Origin: Methylotenera sp. | GTDB taxonomy: Bacteria; Pseudomonadota; Gammaproteobacteria; Burkholderiales; Methylophilaceae | Direction: 5' to 3' | Length of the DNA stretch: 64,000 nucleotides | Assembly: GCA_021732365.1 (NCBI GenBank) | Contig: JAKFVD010000017.1 | Span: 270,543-334,542 of the forward strand | In this document: piece by piece, positions 1 through 9,705 of the stretch | Layout of the letters: each line of letters begins with the position of its first letter | Position numbering within the stretch: the stretch's first letter is position 1 | Made by a program: the position numbers and the translations under genes | Notes under the pieces: generated by a model | The model's database searches: none | Told to the model about the DNA's origin: nothing | What the model saw: only the letters and a program-made list of their open reading frames with translations

Positions 1-435
1 CATGATATTGGCAAAATTGGTATTCCTGACAGTATTTTGTTAAAAAAAGGCCCGCTTGACGAACAAGAATTAAAAACCATGCGCAGGCACCCGCTGATTG
101 GTTATGAAATATTAGAAAATAGCCCCTCAAAATATTTGCAAAAGGGTGGCGAAATTGCTTTAGCGCATCACGAACGTTTTGATGGCACTGGCTATCCGTA
201 TGCCCTTAAAGGTATTGATATTCCGCTTGCAGCCAGAATTGTCGCGATTGCAGATGTGTTTGACGCACTGACTAGCGTGCGTCCTTATAAAGAAGCGTGG
301 AGTGTGGATAAAGCATTTGAATATATTCAAAATGAAAGCGGCAAACACTTTGATCCTGAACTGGTTTCGGCCATGGTAGGCATTCGTAGCAGAGTGGAAA
401 AAATTCTAGCCGAAAACGCAACCGCGATTCATTAA
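1..435 (+). CDS. HD-GYP domain protein (cyclic-di-GMP phosphodiesterase type), C-terminal part; 5' end lies outside the window; RpfG-like
   Basis: The window opens in frame on HDIGKIGIP (HD motif). HHERFDGTGYP (GYP motif) follows, and the frame runs to TAA at 433-435. Confidence 0.85.
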   Translation, partial: HDIGKIGIPDSILLKKGPLDEQELKTMRRHPLIGYEILENSPSKYLQKGGEIALAHHERFDGTGYPYALKGIDIPLAARIVAIADVFDALTSVRPYKEAWSVDKAFEYIQNESGKHFDPELVSAMVGIRSRVEKILAENATAIH

Positions 436-456
436 TCACACGAATAATTATAGATT

Positions 457-897
457 ATGACTATTAGCAACATTAGAAGCGCGACCAATTTCAAGCAAAC
501 CGCTTTACTGATTGATGACCAGCCAACGGTGTTGGATATTCATGCGGCTATTTTGAAATCGCTCAAAATGAATTTAAAAATTGTCACCATGACAAACCCC
601 GTTGAAGCACTGGAATGGATGCAGAATAAACAGGTTGATTTGATTATTACCGATTTTCGTATGCATCAAATGGATGGCATGCAATTTGTGCAAGCGATTA
701 AAAATAGCAGCAATGTATTAACAAGATCGATTATTGTAGTGACGGTATTAAAAGAAATTAATATCCATCAAGAGCTGCTGGCTGCTGGCGCATCTGCCTG
801 CTTAACCAAGCCAGTACAAACGCAGGAGCTTGCCAAGATTGCAAAACAGTTACTAGAACAAAGTAAAGAATATTACAGCCAAGGCTTAATTGCCTAA
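457..897 (+). CDS. Stand-alone response-regulator receiver domain (CheY-like)
   Basis: 146-aa ORF starting 21 nt after the previous stop. Receiver pattern: LLIDDQ, DLIITDFRMHQMDG (phospho-acceptor Asp), LTKP (conserved Lys). Confidence 0.85.
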   Translation: MTISNIRSATNFKQTALLIDDQPTVLDIHAAILKSLKMNLKIVTMTNPVEALEWMQNKQVDLIITDFRMHQMDGMQFVQAIKNSSNVLTRSIIVVTVLKEINIHQELLAAGASACLTKPVQTQELAKIAKQLLEQSKEYYSQGLIA

Positions 898-906
898 TCA
901 TCGCTC

Positions 907-3126
907 ATGACACTGATTAACATCAAAAATTGGTATTCAAAGACCGTTAAAGGTGTGGATATGCTTGAGTTTGAGCAAGCAGCTTTAAGGCTTGTATTAA
1001 GCTTTGCTTTCGTTACTTATTATTCTGCCCATCTATTAAATGCACAAACAATTAACCCAGTAGAGTTACAAACTTTTTACTACGTCATTTGCTTTATCGT
1101 CATTGCTATTTCTATCATGGCATCTATTGTCATGCAGAAAAATAAGTCGGTTGCACGCCGATTATTAGGCACTTGGTTAGATATTGGCAGCACTACCTTA
1201 TGTATGTACCTTACCGCTGATATTAGCGTGGTGCTGATTGGTGTTTATCTTTGGGTCACTTTTGGTAACGGTTTTCGTTATGGCAATAAATATTTATACC
1301 ATACCCAAATATTAAGTTTGATTGGTTTTGCAATCGCCATGCAATATGGGCCTTACTGGAAAACCCATCTTACCGCTGGCTATGGCATGTTCATCATGCT
1401 GGTATTTTTGCCTTTATATGTAGCAAAATTGATTCATCGCTTGCATGAAGCCACACACAAAGCTGAAATTGCTCGCGAAAAAGCAGCCGAAGCAAGCTTA
1501 GCTAAAACGCAATTTGTTGCCAATATGAGCCACGAAATCCGCACTCCTCTAAATGGTATTATTGGCATTAGCACCTTATTTAAAACGACACCTTTAAATG
1601 CAGACCAGAAAGACTTGCTGAAAACTTTAGATAGCTCTTCTAAATTACTGCTCTCATTACTCAATAACGTATTAGATTTCACCAAGATTGAAGAACGTAA
1701 ATTTACCATTGAGCATATTGATTTTTCTGCCGAAGAAGCTGTGCGTGATACTTTAGAGATTTTCCGCTCACAATCTGTTGCCAAAGGCATTCAGGTTGGT
1801 GTCAGCATTTCTGATTCATTGCATGCCGTTAAGGGTGATGCCTTTGTGATTCGTCAAGTATTAGCAAACTTAATGGGTAATGCGGTTAAGTTTACCGAAA
1901 AAGGTAGCGTAACTATTTCTGCCATTAGTTTGCAAGAAGATGAGTATAAAGTCTTAGTGCGCTTTGAAGTGGCCGATACAGGGGTTGGTATTCCAACTAA
2001 TAAGCAAAGCAAAGTATTTGATAGCTTTACGCAAGCAGATTCGTCTACCACCAGAAAATTTGGCGGTAGTGGCTTAGGGCTTACTATTGCAAAACACATG
2101 GTAGAGGCCATGGGCGGGAGCTTACAATTTCAAAGTACTGAAAATGTTGGAAGCCGCTTTTGGTTTGATTTATCCCTTGAAAAAGCAGCTACAACCAATA
2201 GCAAGCTAGATGAACTTGCGGTTGTTGAAACTCAACAAGCCGCTATTAATCCACTAAAATTCAATAATGTTGCACCTTTAAATCCACTGAATATTTTAGT
2301 TTGCGAAGATGAAAGCACCAATCAAAAAATCATTACTCGTCTATTATCACTGCCAGGCCATCAAGTTGACATCGTTGAAAACAGTGATGAAATGCTAGAT
2401 GCTTTAGAAAATAAGCAGTTTGATTTAGTGATTACCGATTTAAATATGGCTGGTATGAATGGTGCTGATGCACTAAAACTATATCGATTCACAAACCCTA
2501 CCGATAAAAATACCCGCTTTATTTTATTTACCGCAGATGCGACTTCGACAGCAAGAGAAATAGCAGATGAAGCTGGTTTCGACGGATTTTTAACTAAGCC
2601 AATTGAAGCGGCGACTTTATTTAGCGCGATTGAGAGTATTTTAAAACTCCCTCCCAACACTGCTGATTTATGGTTGCATAATGCGCTGAATGAGCCCATC
2701 GAAGTAGAGTCTGATTTAGCAGAGGATAATATTGCTTTAGATCTGGATACGCTCAAAGAACTTGAAAAGATTGGTGCAGGTGACGATTTATTTATGCACC
2801 GCTTGCTTAGAAACTACTTAAGTGATTCAGTTAAACTTATTTATAAAATTGAATCAGCGGTAAAACAAAAACGTTATGGCGAACTGCATGATTTCTGCCA
2901 CGCATTAAAAGGCAACAGCTTGAGCGTTGGCGCTACAAAGTTGGCAGGAATAACCGAGCAAATCAGCCAGCTGACCCGTTCAGTTAACCCTGCAAAAACA
3001 TTAGAAATGCTGGAAATACTAAATACTGATTTCTCAAACTTAACGTTAGCGGTAGAAGACTACCTCAGGCGCCCAGCATCTAAAGCAATAGAATCAACTA
3101 CTAATAGCTTAAGTCGCTTAAATTAA
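907..3126 (+). CDS. Hybrid sensor histidine kinase (multi-TM sensor, HisKA, HATPase, receiver, HPt), RpfC-like domain order
   Basis: About 5 N-terminal hydrophobic helices. H-box SHEIRTPLNGIIG, N-box NLMGNAVKFT, G-boxes ADTGVGI and GGSGLGLTI. Receiver ILVCEDE...LVITDLNMAGMNG...LTKP. C-terminal HPt motif HALKGNSLSVGA. Confidence 0.9.
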   Translation: MTLINIKNWYSKTVKGVDMLEFEQAALRLVLSFAFVTYYSAHLLNAQTINPVELQTFYYVICFIVIAISIMASIVMQKNKSVARRLLGTWLDIGSTTLCMYLTADISVVLIGVYLWVTFGNGFRYGNKYLYHTQILSLIGFAIAMQYGPYWKTHLTAGYGMFIMLVFLPLYVAKLIHRLHEATHKAEIAREKAAEASLAKTQFVANMSHEIRTPLNGIIGISTLFKTTPLNADQKDLLKTLDSSSKLLLSLLNNVLDFTKIEERKFTIEHIDFSAEEAVRDTLEIFRSQSVAKGIQVGVSISDSLHAVKGDAFVIRQVLANLMGNAVKFTEKGSVTISAISLQEDEYKVLVRFEVADTGVGIPTNKQSKVFDSFTQADSSTTRKFGGSGLGLTIAKHMVEAMGGSLQFQSTENVGSRFWFDLSLEKAATTNSKLDELAVVETQQAAINPLKFNNVAPLNPLNILVCEDESTNQKIITRLLSLPGHQVDIVENSDEMLDALENKQFDLVITDLNMAGMNGADALKLYRFTNPTDKNTRFILFTADATSTAREIADEAGFDGFLTKPIEAATLFSAIESILKLPPNTADLWLHNALNEPIEVESDLAEDNIALDLDTLKELEKIGAGDDLFMHRLLRNYLSDSVKLIYKIESAVKQKRYGELHDFCHALKGNSLSVGATKLAGITEQISQLTRSVNPAKTLEMLEILNTDFSNLTLAVEDYLRRPASKAIESTTNSLSRLN

Positions 3127-3150
3127 ACCTATTAATTCAGGCGTACTGAG

Positions 3151-4050
3151 TCAGGCTGACTGCTTTTCTTTTAGCTGTAAAGGTTCTGCGCTTACTTTCG
3201 TATTTTGCGCGCGCACCAAACGTTCCATTATTTTTAAATTACGCTCATCCAAACGCAGCGCAGCATCGACCCAAATTTCAGTAATATCATATAGCTCAGC
3301 ATAAGTGAGTGGGTTAACGCGTTGTTTTGCGCGATTAATTGCTTGAAACGAATTTAACGAGCGGTGATTCTTTTTAATCCAGTTGTTTAATGCATACTCG
3401 CCTTGGCCATCCTCGGCCAACACATCTACAACGCCCATTTGATAAAGCTCTTCGCCTGTATATATTTTGCCAGAATGCACCATTTTTTCTGCAGTATGCA
3501 TGCCAACTTTGCGCGATAAGAAGCTTAAGGCGCCCATACCAGGGAACAAATTAAATAGCACTTCAGGCATGCCCATCATCGTACTTTTTTCAGCGATTAA
3601 TACATGCGCAGATAATGCAGACTCAAAACCACCACCCATTGCTTGGCCTTGGATTAGCGACACCGTTGTAACTGGCGCTTGCATGTTATAAAAAGTCCAT
3701 GCATTGTTGATGCATAATTTGGCGTAATTCAATAAATTAATACGGTCTTTGGTTCTAATTAACTCAGCAAATGCATTTAAATCGCCGCCTAAATTAAATA
3801 CACCAGGCACATCAGAGGCCAATACCAAATAATTAACATGCTGTAATTTGCCGTTTGCAACAATATCGCCGCCACTGTTTTCAACACTAGATTGAATTTG
3901 ATGTGTCTCAGTTAAACACTTTTTATTAAAGCAAGGGCGCGGGGTAGGATTCATATAACAAAACATCACGCCAAATTCATCATCAAAACTGGTTCTTACT
4001 TGCTCTAAAGTAGCATTATTAAACTGTTGAAAATCTACGACGGTATTCAT
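3151..4050 (-). CDS. rpfF: RpfF-family crotonase (DSF-type cis-2-unsaturated fatty-acid signal synthase)
   Basis: 299 aa. Blocks match my memory of Xanthomonas RpfF: VLASDVPGVFNLGGDL, GGGFESALSAH (first catalytic Glu), GMPEVLFNLFPGMGA (second catalytic Glu), ITEIWVDAAL, MERLVRAQ. It is convergent with the RpfC-like kinase gene. Confidence 0.8.
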   Translation of the reverse strand: MNTVVDFQQFNNATLEQVRTSFDDEFGVMFCYMNPTPRPCFNKKCLTETHQIQSSVENSGGDIVANGKLQHVNYLVLASDVPGVFNLGGDLNAFAELIRTKDRINLLNYAKLCINNAWTFYNMQAPVTTVSLIQGQAMGGGFESALSAHVLIAEKSTMMGMPEVLFNLFPGMGALSFLSRKVGMHTAEKMVHSGKIYTGEELYQMGVVDVLAEDGQGEYALNNWIKKNHRSLNSFQAINRAKQRVNPLTYAELYDITEIWVDAALRLDERNLKIMERLVRAQNTKVSAEPLQLKEKQSA

Positions 4051-4331
4051 ATATCCTCCTAAGTGAATTGGATAACGGCTAATTCTAAATAACCATTTAT
4101 GCGATTACAAAAAGTTTAAATAACTACTTGTAATATAAGCGTTTACGATTAAGACTATAAGCTTAATAATTTGCGCCCTCAAGAGAATGTTTTTTGAAAA
4201 ATAGTCAGCATTCAGGTAAATTGTTGGTTTATAACAACAAAGTCAGTTTTACCATTCAATAATTCACACGAATTTATGCCTGTAAGTTATTGATGTGATA
4301 TTCTTTTTAAGAATTTTAACAACCCAACACA

Positions 4332-5600
4332 GTGAAAGCTTTTTTCATGCAAAAACTATTTTTTTCTTTTGTTATTTTTACAACACCCATACTGTCACAA
4401 GCCGCTGGATTCGCGCTTTCAGAACAAAGTGGCAGTGGCCTAGGCAACGCTTTCGCTGGGGCTGCAGCTTCTGCAGAAGATGCCTCCACTATTTTTTTCA
4501 ACCCAGCAGGCATGTCCTACATTGAGGGTACACAAGTATCTGGTACTTTGCATTTAATTAAACCCAGTGCAGAGTTTAACAATCAAGGCTCTCAGCCAGG
4601 CGGCCCAACCATAGCGCCAAGACCATTAGGAAGCGAAAGTGATGATGCAGGTGATTTAGCCTTTGTGCCCAATTTCTACTTTATGACGCCATTAACCGAA
4701 ACGGTAAAATTTGGCGTGGGAGTTAACGCTCCATTCGGCTTAAAAACTGATTATGACAAAGATTGGATTGGACGTTTTCAAGGCATTAAGTCTGATTTAA
4801 AAACCATCAACATTAATCCTTCATTAAGTTTTAAAGTAAACGACCAATTATCACTAGGTTTCGGTTTGTCTGCGATGTGGATACAGGCGGAGTTAACTAG
4901 CGCCGTGAATCTAGGCGCTGCTGAAAGAACTTCTAGAGTTAAAGGTGATGATTGGGGCTTTGGCTATAACTTAGGCGCGATTTATCAGGCAACTAATGAC
5001 ACGCGATTTGGCGTAGCTTATCGCTCTAAAATAGATCAGCATTTAAAAGGAGATGTTAGATTTTCAATCTCAAATGGGCCAACACCTAATGGTGATGTAA
5101 CCGCAGATGTGACTTTGCCTGAAATGCTGTCTATCAGTAGCTTCAGTCAACTAAACGATAAATGGGATTTATTGAGTGATGTGACTTGGACACGCTGGAG
5201 TCGGTTTCAAGAATTGGCTGTTTTTCGCGATAACGGCGCGCCACTCTCTAGCACAGCCCAAAACTGGGAAAACACATTGCGTTACTCAATTAGCGTTAAT
5301 TATCACTATAACGATAAACTTAAATTACGTGCAGGCGTTGCCTATGATGAAACACCAACCAGCAATGAATTCCGCACGGTGCGCATTCCTGATAACGATA
5401 GAAAATGGTTAAGTTTTGGTGCGGCATGGCAAGCAACGCCTGCCTCAAAACTAGATATTGGCTATGCGCATTTATTTGTGAGCGACGTTAAAATTGATGA
5501 TAATCAGACAACAGCAGTGCCATTGGGCAGAGGTCGAGTAAGAGGTGATTATGATGCCAGCGTTGATATTTTGAGTGTGCAGTTAACCCATAATTTTTAG
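4332..5600 (+). CDS. fadL: FadL/OmpP1/TodX family outer-membrane channel for long-chain fatty acids or hydrophobic compounds
   Basis: Signal peptide ending ILSQA/AG. N-terminal family signature GFALSEQSGSGLGNAFAGAAAS...IFFNPAGM. Amphipathic beta-strand pattern and terminal LTHNF. The start may be the internal MQKLFF at 4347. Confidence 0.85.
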   Translation: MKAFFMQKLFFSFVIFTTPILSQAAGFALSEQSGSGLGNAFAGAAASAEDASTIFFNPAGMSYIEGTQVSGTLHLIKPSAEFNNQGSQPGGPTIAPRPLGSESDDAGDLAFVPNFYFMTPLTETVKFGVGVNAPFGLKTDYDKDWIGRFQGIKSDLKTININPSLSFKVNDQLSLGFGLSAMWIQAELTSAVNLGAAERTSRVKGDDWGFGYNLGAIYQATNDTRFGVAYRSKIDQHLKGDVRFSISNGPTPNGDVTADVTLPEMLSISSFSQLNDKWDLLSDVTWTRWSRFQELAVFRDNGAPLSSTAQNWENTLRYSISVNYHYNDKLKLRAGVAYDETPTSNEFRTVRIPDNDRKWLSFGAAWQATPASKLDIGYAHLFVSDVKIDDNQTTAVPLGRGRVRGDYDASVDILSVQLTHNF

Positions 5601-5650
5601 TTAATAAGCATTAAGTTAACGGTTAAAAGTTAACGATTATTTAGTAACAA

Positions 5651-5690
5651 AAAAGCTCGCCCTAAAAAAATATTAAGCGAGCTTTTTTAT
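5651..5690. terminator. Bidirectional rho-independent terminator between convergent fadL and the PEP-CTERM gene
   Basis: aaaagctcgc (5651-5660) pairs with gcgagctttt (5677-5686). It is A-rich on the left and followed by a T-run on the right. Confidence 0.7.
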
Positions 5691-5706
5691 TACGCTGAAG
5701 AGTAAA

Positions 5707-7239
5707 CTATTCTGCTTGTTTTCGGCGTTTAGCGCTAAAACCAACTAAGCCCAAACCTGCAATTAACAATGCATACGTTTCTGGCTCTGGTACTGGAGCT
5801 AAGTTATAAACTGTTGTAGTGTTAGAACCCTCATTAGCAATCGCTAAATAATACTCGCCATTTAATATAAAGCCCTCTAACCCCTCTGGCGCTGTATCGC
5901 CATTTGTTACAATAAAATCAATAAAGCTTGAATTAGCCGGGTCTGTAATATCAAAAATGCCAATAGCGGCTTGAGTGGTACGCTCTAAACCAATCAGCGC
6001 AAACGTTCTACCGCCCAACGTGATTAACTCAACACCTTCTGGCTCAACGCCTCTGTCTGTACTTCTAACATCGTTGTAGATGCCCAATTCGGCAGCTTTT
6101 GTATCTAAAATATCACCACTGGAATACACAAGATTGCCATCTGCATCACGAATCGTGAAGTCACGCGTACCTGCAGTAAACAACTGTCCTGGTGATGACT
6201 CTGTGTTTAATATACGTAAAGGCCCCAAATCACCCGTTGCGCCAACCGTACTAGCAGAAGAACGATCTCCATTATCTTCACGGAAATCACCTTCATTTGC
6301 CGTCACTAAATACGTGCTACCGCCAACATTGTAAGTAGCAATCGCATCAGGCTGGTACAACCCTTTTACGTTAGGCGATGTAAAACTAATGGTGCCATTA
6401 TTGTTGGTATCAAGCGTATTACCTGGCAGGCTAAAATCTTTTGCGCCCAAGCCGATAATTTTTTCAAACGAATTCGTGTTTAAATCTAAAACACCAATTG
6501 CATTGGCTTCTTGCAAAGTCACATAAGCTTTAGTACCAGCTGCATTTACCGCAATGTATTCTGGCTCAAAATCCATACCTGTATTAGTACGAATATTGCT
6601 GCCTGTTGTTGGCACACCAACTAAGCCTGCCGTTGCTGTTACCGTGCGAGTCGCAACATCAATAATGCTAACACTACCAACTGGGTCGTTCACTGCTGGG
6701 CCATATACTCTAGGAACAGTCTCACCAATTCTTGGGCCATACACATCTGGCGTACTTTCATTAGCAACCAATAATTTGCTACCATCTGGCGTAAAAGTCA
6801 CCATATCTGGTAAAGAACCCACTGTAATCGAGTTAACGCCAGCACTTAAACTTCTGGTTGCTGTATCGTAAAACTGCACAGTACCCGCATTGGTGCGTGT
6901 ACTTGATTCAATCGCAAAAGCAGCCAATCCATTATGAATGGCTACGCTGTTAATGTTACCAAAGGCGCTGGTATCAATATGTTGAATCAAACTACCGTTT
7001 GAAGCGTTTAAGACATCTACGCCTTTAACACCAGCTACCCATAATGAGTTGGTTGTACTGTCAAAGCTAACAATTTCAGACAAGAAGCCATTGACACCTG
7101 TGGCCGCATGGTTATATGTCCAAGCTCTTGATAAGCTCTCAAATGGGTTATCAGCAAGCGCCAAAATTGGGTTAAACAATGCTGCAGCAAGCACAGCAAT
7201 CACTTTTTTGTTCATTGAACTTTTGGTTGAAATTTTCAC
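5707..7239 (-). CDS. Secreted beta-propeller-like protein (choice-of-anchor-I-like) with C-terminal PEP-CTERM sorting signal
   Basis: C-terminus APVPEPETYALLIAGLGLVGFSAKRRKQAE (PEP motif, TM helix, basic tail). Internal blocks VGSLPDMVTFTPDGSKLLVANE, DFEPEYIAV, LQEANAIGVLDL, YQPDAIATY, LVTANEGD. The long form starts at GTG 7239; ATG at 7215 (MNKKVIAVLAAALF) gives a clean signal peptide. Confidence 0.85.
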   Translation of the reverse strand: MKISTKSSMNKKVIAVLAAALFNPILALADNPFESLSRAWTYNHAATGVNGFLSEIVSFDSTTNSLWVAGVKGVDVLNASNGSLIQHIDTSAFGNINSVAIHNGLAAFAIESSTRTNAGTVQFYDTATRSLSAGVNSITVGSLPDMVTFTPDGSKLLVANESTPDVYGPRIGETVPRVYGPAVNDPVGSVSIIDVATRTVTATAGLVGVPTTGSNIRTNTGMDFEPEYIAVNAAGTKAYVTLQEANAIGVLDLNTNSFEKIIGLGAKDFSLPGNTLDTNNNGTISFTSPNVKGLYQPDAIATYNVGGSTYLVTANEGDFREDNGDRSSASTVGATGDLGPLRILNTESSPGQLFTAGTRDFTIRDADGNLVYSSGDILDTKAAELGIYNDVRSTDRGVEPEGVELITLGGRTFALIGLERTTQAAIGIFDITDPANSSFIDFIVTNGDTAPEGLEGFILNGEYYLAIANEGSNTTTVYNLAPVPEPETYALLIAGLGLVGFSAKRRKQAE

Positions 7240-7262
7240 GGCTTAATCCATTAACTAAAAAT

Positions 7263-7282
7263 AAGTGAGCAAATCTCACTTT
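7263..7282 (-). terminator. Hairpin after the glycosyltransferase operon, in the leader of the PEP-CTERM gene
   Basis: aagtgag (7263-7269) pairs with ctcactt (7276-7282). On the minus strand it is followed by ATTTTTAG. Confidence 0.4.
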
Positions 7283-7369
7283 TATAGTGACAGATTAATG
7301 ACAATAGATTGCAATAGCGTGAATCGGTATAGTCCTAACAGGATATTTTTTGCATGTTGTTTATACAAG

Positions 7370-8476
7370 TTAACGGCTAAAAACCTGCAAAATTTGTTGT
7401 GATAAATCGGCCCAATTGTAGTGTGCCTCAACATGCGCGCGCGTATTTGTCGCTAATCTAGCGTGTGTGTGCATATCATTCAAAACCGCCACAATTTTTT
7501 GTGCCATTGCTGCATAGTCATTAGGCGCAATTAAGTAACCTGTTTTATCTGGCAAAACCAAACCACGGTAAAACAAAAAATCCCACGCAATCGTTGGCAA
7601 TCCCATGGCGGTGGCTTCTAAACAAGTGCCTGGCAAGCCTTCGTAATAAGAGGTTGATACGTATAATTTGCTGGCTTGATAATAGGCTTGCATATCAGAG
7701 AAATTGACTTTTCCTGTTAATTTAACCTGTTGGCTGTATGGCGCTAATTGCTCACTCACCCAAACATCATCATCGCCATAACCAACAATCACGATGCGAA
7801 TATTACTTTTTTGCTGTATCAAATTTTTGCAAACTTGCACCATTGCTCTACTGCCCTTGCGGTGTTCTATGCGTCCGCAAAATAGCACATCAACCGTTTT
7901 TTCAATATTTTGGCTAGGTTTAAAAGCCACCAAATCTGCGCCATTAGGAATAATCGCAATCGGCTTATTAATGGCATAGGTCAACAACTCCTGTTTACCT
8001 TGTTCAGTCAGCGCAATAATTTTTGCCGCTTGCTTAAAAATACGCTTTTCTATCCAGCGCTTAATCGCAATTTCCACATCATTCCACTGGCTTAAAAAAT
8101 AAGGCTTATCGTAAAACTTACCCGACATACCAATATAAGTGGTGTGTGCGGTTAATATTAAGGGAATCTGCTTTGGTAAAAACAAGCCAGGAATCAGCGG
8201 CGGAATATGCAAATTGACCGCCTTAATTTTTTGTTCTGCATACAGCTTCCTCACAATTCTACGTGCAGCCAATGTCCAAAAAAGTAAGTTAAAGCGGCTA
8301 GATGTAAATGGAATATGGATGATTTGCACACTGGCATAGTGCCGCTCTACTTGATGCTCATCCCCTGTGATGAGATAAATTGTAGGTGAATTGTTTGGCA
8401 AGTTAGATAAAAAAGAATCTAAATAACGGGCAATACCGCCTACGCCATAAAATTGCGGGTACACAATTGCAATCAT
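7370..8476 (-). CDS. Glycosyltransferase, GT4 (GT-B fold) family
   Basis: EX7E-type block YYEGLPGTCLEATAMGLPTIA. 4-nt overlap with the upstream GT gene. Confidence 0.8.
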   Translation of the reverse strand: MIAIVYPQFYGVGGIARYLDSFLSNLPNNSPTIYLITGDEHQVERHYASVQIIHIPFTSSRFNLLFWTLAARRIVRKLYAEQKIKAVNLHIPPLIPGLFLPKQIPLILTAHTTYIGMSGKFYDKPYFLSQWNDVEIAIKRWIEKRIFKQAAKIIALTEQGKQELLTYAINKPIAIIPNGADLVAFKPSQNIEKTVDVLFCGRIEHRKGSRAMVQVCKNLIQQKSNIRIVIVGYGDDDVWVSEQLAPYSQQVKLTGKVNFSDMQAYYQASKLYVSTSYYEGLPGTCLEATAMGLPTIAWDFLFYRGLVLPDKTGYLIAPNDYAAMAQKIVAVLNDMHTHARLATNTRAHVEAHYNWADLSQQILQVFSR

Positions 8477-9690
8477 TTCATTGCATCTTTCATGAAAAGA
8501 TTTGACTCAGTTTCTTGGGTTAACCTTTCCCAAGTATAGCCAGCCATTATCTGCTGACGCGCGGCGTGTTCCATTTGGGTTTTTAATAGTGAATTAGCTA
8601 AAATATCTACCGCTACTTTTGCGGTTTTTTCTGGGTCGTTTGCATTCACTAGCAGGCCGTTTACACCATTTTTTATAATCTCTGGCACACCTCCTACCGC
8701 AGTGCTGACCAAGCATGTGCCTGAAGCCATCGCTTCTAACACCACTAGCGGGCAAGGGTCTTGCCACACCGATGGCAATACAACAATATCTGCTGCTGAA
8801 TATACATATCGCAATTTGTCGTGCGGCATAAAGCCTGTAAAGATAATCGCTGTGCTCACTGGTTTTGCTAGCTCAACAAGTGATTGCTCATAATCTGTTT
8901 TGGTAGCACCGCCAAAAAATGAACTGCCCGCGATGATTAACCTTGTGTGCGGTAGTTGTGCGTGAATAGTAATAAAGGCTTTAATTAATACGTGCACGCC
9001 CTTAATTTCGGTTAATCGCCCAACGTAAAGCAAATAGGTTTTATCGGGCTGTATATCAATTAAGCCTCTCAACTGGCTAACGGCCTCATCACCATATGGC
9101 TTAAATATTTCAGGGTCAGTGGCGTTAAATACTACGGTGAATTTATCGGCATATTCTGGAAAATACTGCAGCGCATGGCGCCTAATATAATCGCTAACAC
9201 AAATAACTTTATCTACCTTTTTAAGTGCGCGGCGATAAAACGGCCTAAAAAGCGCAATACCTAAATGCGCATTGTGCATATGTAAAATAAGCGTTTGTTG
9301 CGGCATTTTTTTCATAAAAAATAAAAAATTAGGTTCGTTATGAATCACCACCATATCAAACTCGCGCACTAATTTAGCCATTCGCAGACCATAAGAAACC
9401 ACGTTTTGTATTTTGGCGATGTAGCGTAGCGGGTTACGCCATGTGACTTTTTCTTTTATTTTGTAAAAAAACTGCTCTGTTTTTGTCCAAGCGATTGTTA
9501 AATAGCGAACATTTTTAACACCAATTGCATCAGCTGGCCGCGATACTATCGTGATATCAAATTGCGCTTGGTCTAACCGTTGAGAAACCTCATGCACCCA
9601 ATGCTCAACCGCACCACCTTTAACAGGCGGTACTGGCAACATTTCTGGCACCACAATGGCTAGGCTTTTTTTAGGTATGTTTTGATTCAA
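8473..9690 (-). CDS. Glycosyltransferase, GT4 family
   Basis: GGAVEHWVHEVS near the N-terminus. C-terminal DPCPLVVLEAMASGTCLVSTAVGGVPEII. Confidence 0.8.
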   Translation of the reverse strand: MNQNIPKKSLAIVVPEMLPVPPVKGGAVEHWVHEVSQRLDQAQFDITIVSRPADAIGVKNVRYLTIAWTKTEQFFYKIKEKVTWRNPLRYIAKIQNVVSYGLRMAKLVREFDMVVIHNEPNFLFFMKKMPQQTLILHMHNAHLGIALFRPFYRRALKKVDKVICVSDYIRRHALQYFPEYADKFTVVFNATDPEIFKPYGDEAVSQLRGLIDIQPDKTYLLYVGRLTEIKGVHVLIKAFITIHAQLPHTRLIIAGSSFFGGATKTDYEQSLVELAKPVSTAIIFTGFMPHDKLRYVYSAADIVVLPSVWQDPCPLVVLEAMASGTCLVSTAVGGVPEIIKNGVNGLLVNANDPEKTAKVAVDILANSLLKTQMEHAARQQIMAGYTWERLTQETESNLFMKDAMK

Positions 9691-9705
9691 GATGGCGTTT
9701 TCTGG

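Noticed and set aside
3127-3165. Palindrome agtcaggctgact between the rpfC-like and rpfF-like genes, considered as a convergent terminator.
   Set aside because: The arms are 6 nt with an effectively 1-nt loop. The palindrome overlaps the rpfF stop and last codons, and no flanking T or A runs are present.
4295-4525. ORFs 4295-4525 (+) and 4316-4513 (-) overlapping the 5' end of fadL.
   Set aside because: They are alternative-frame or antisense shadows of the fadL signal-peptide region. They have no domains, and the fadL frame carries the strong family signature.
7341-7353. Sigma-54-like element GG-N9-GC (ggatattttttgc) upstream of the PEP-CTERM gene.
   Set aside because: The spacing is N9 rather than the N10 of the TGGCAC-N5-TTGC consensus. 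The flanking bases do not match, and it is on the plus strand, pointing away from the minus-strand gene.
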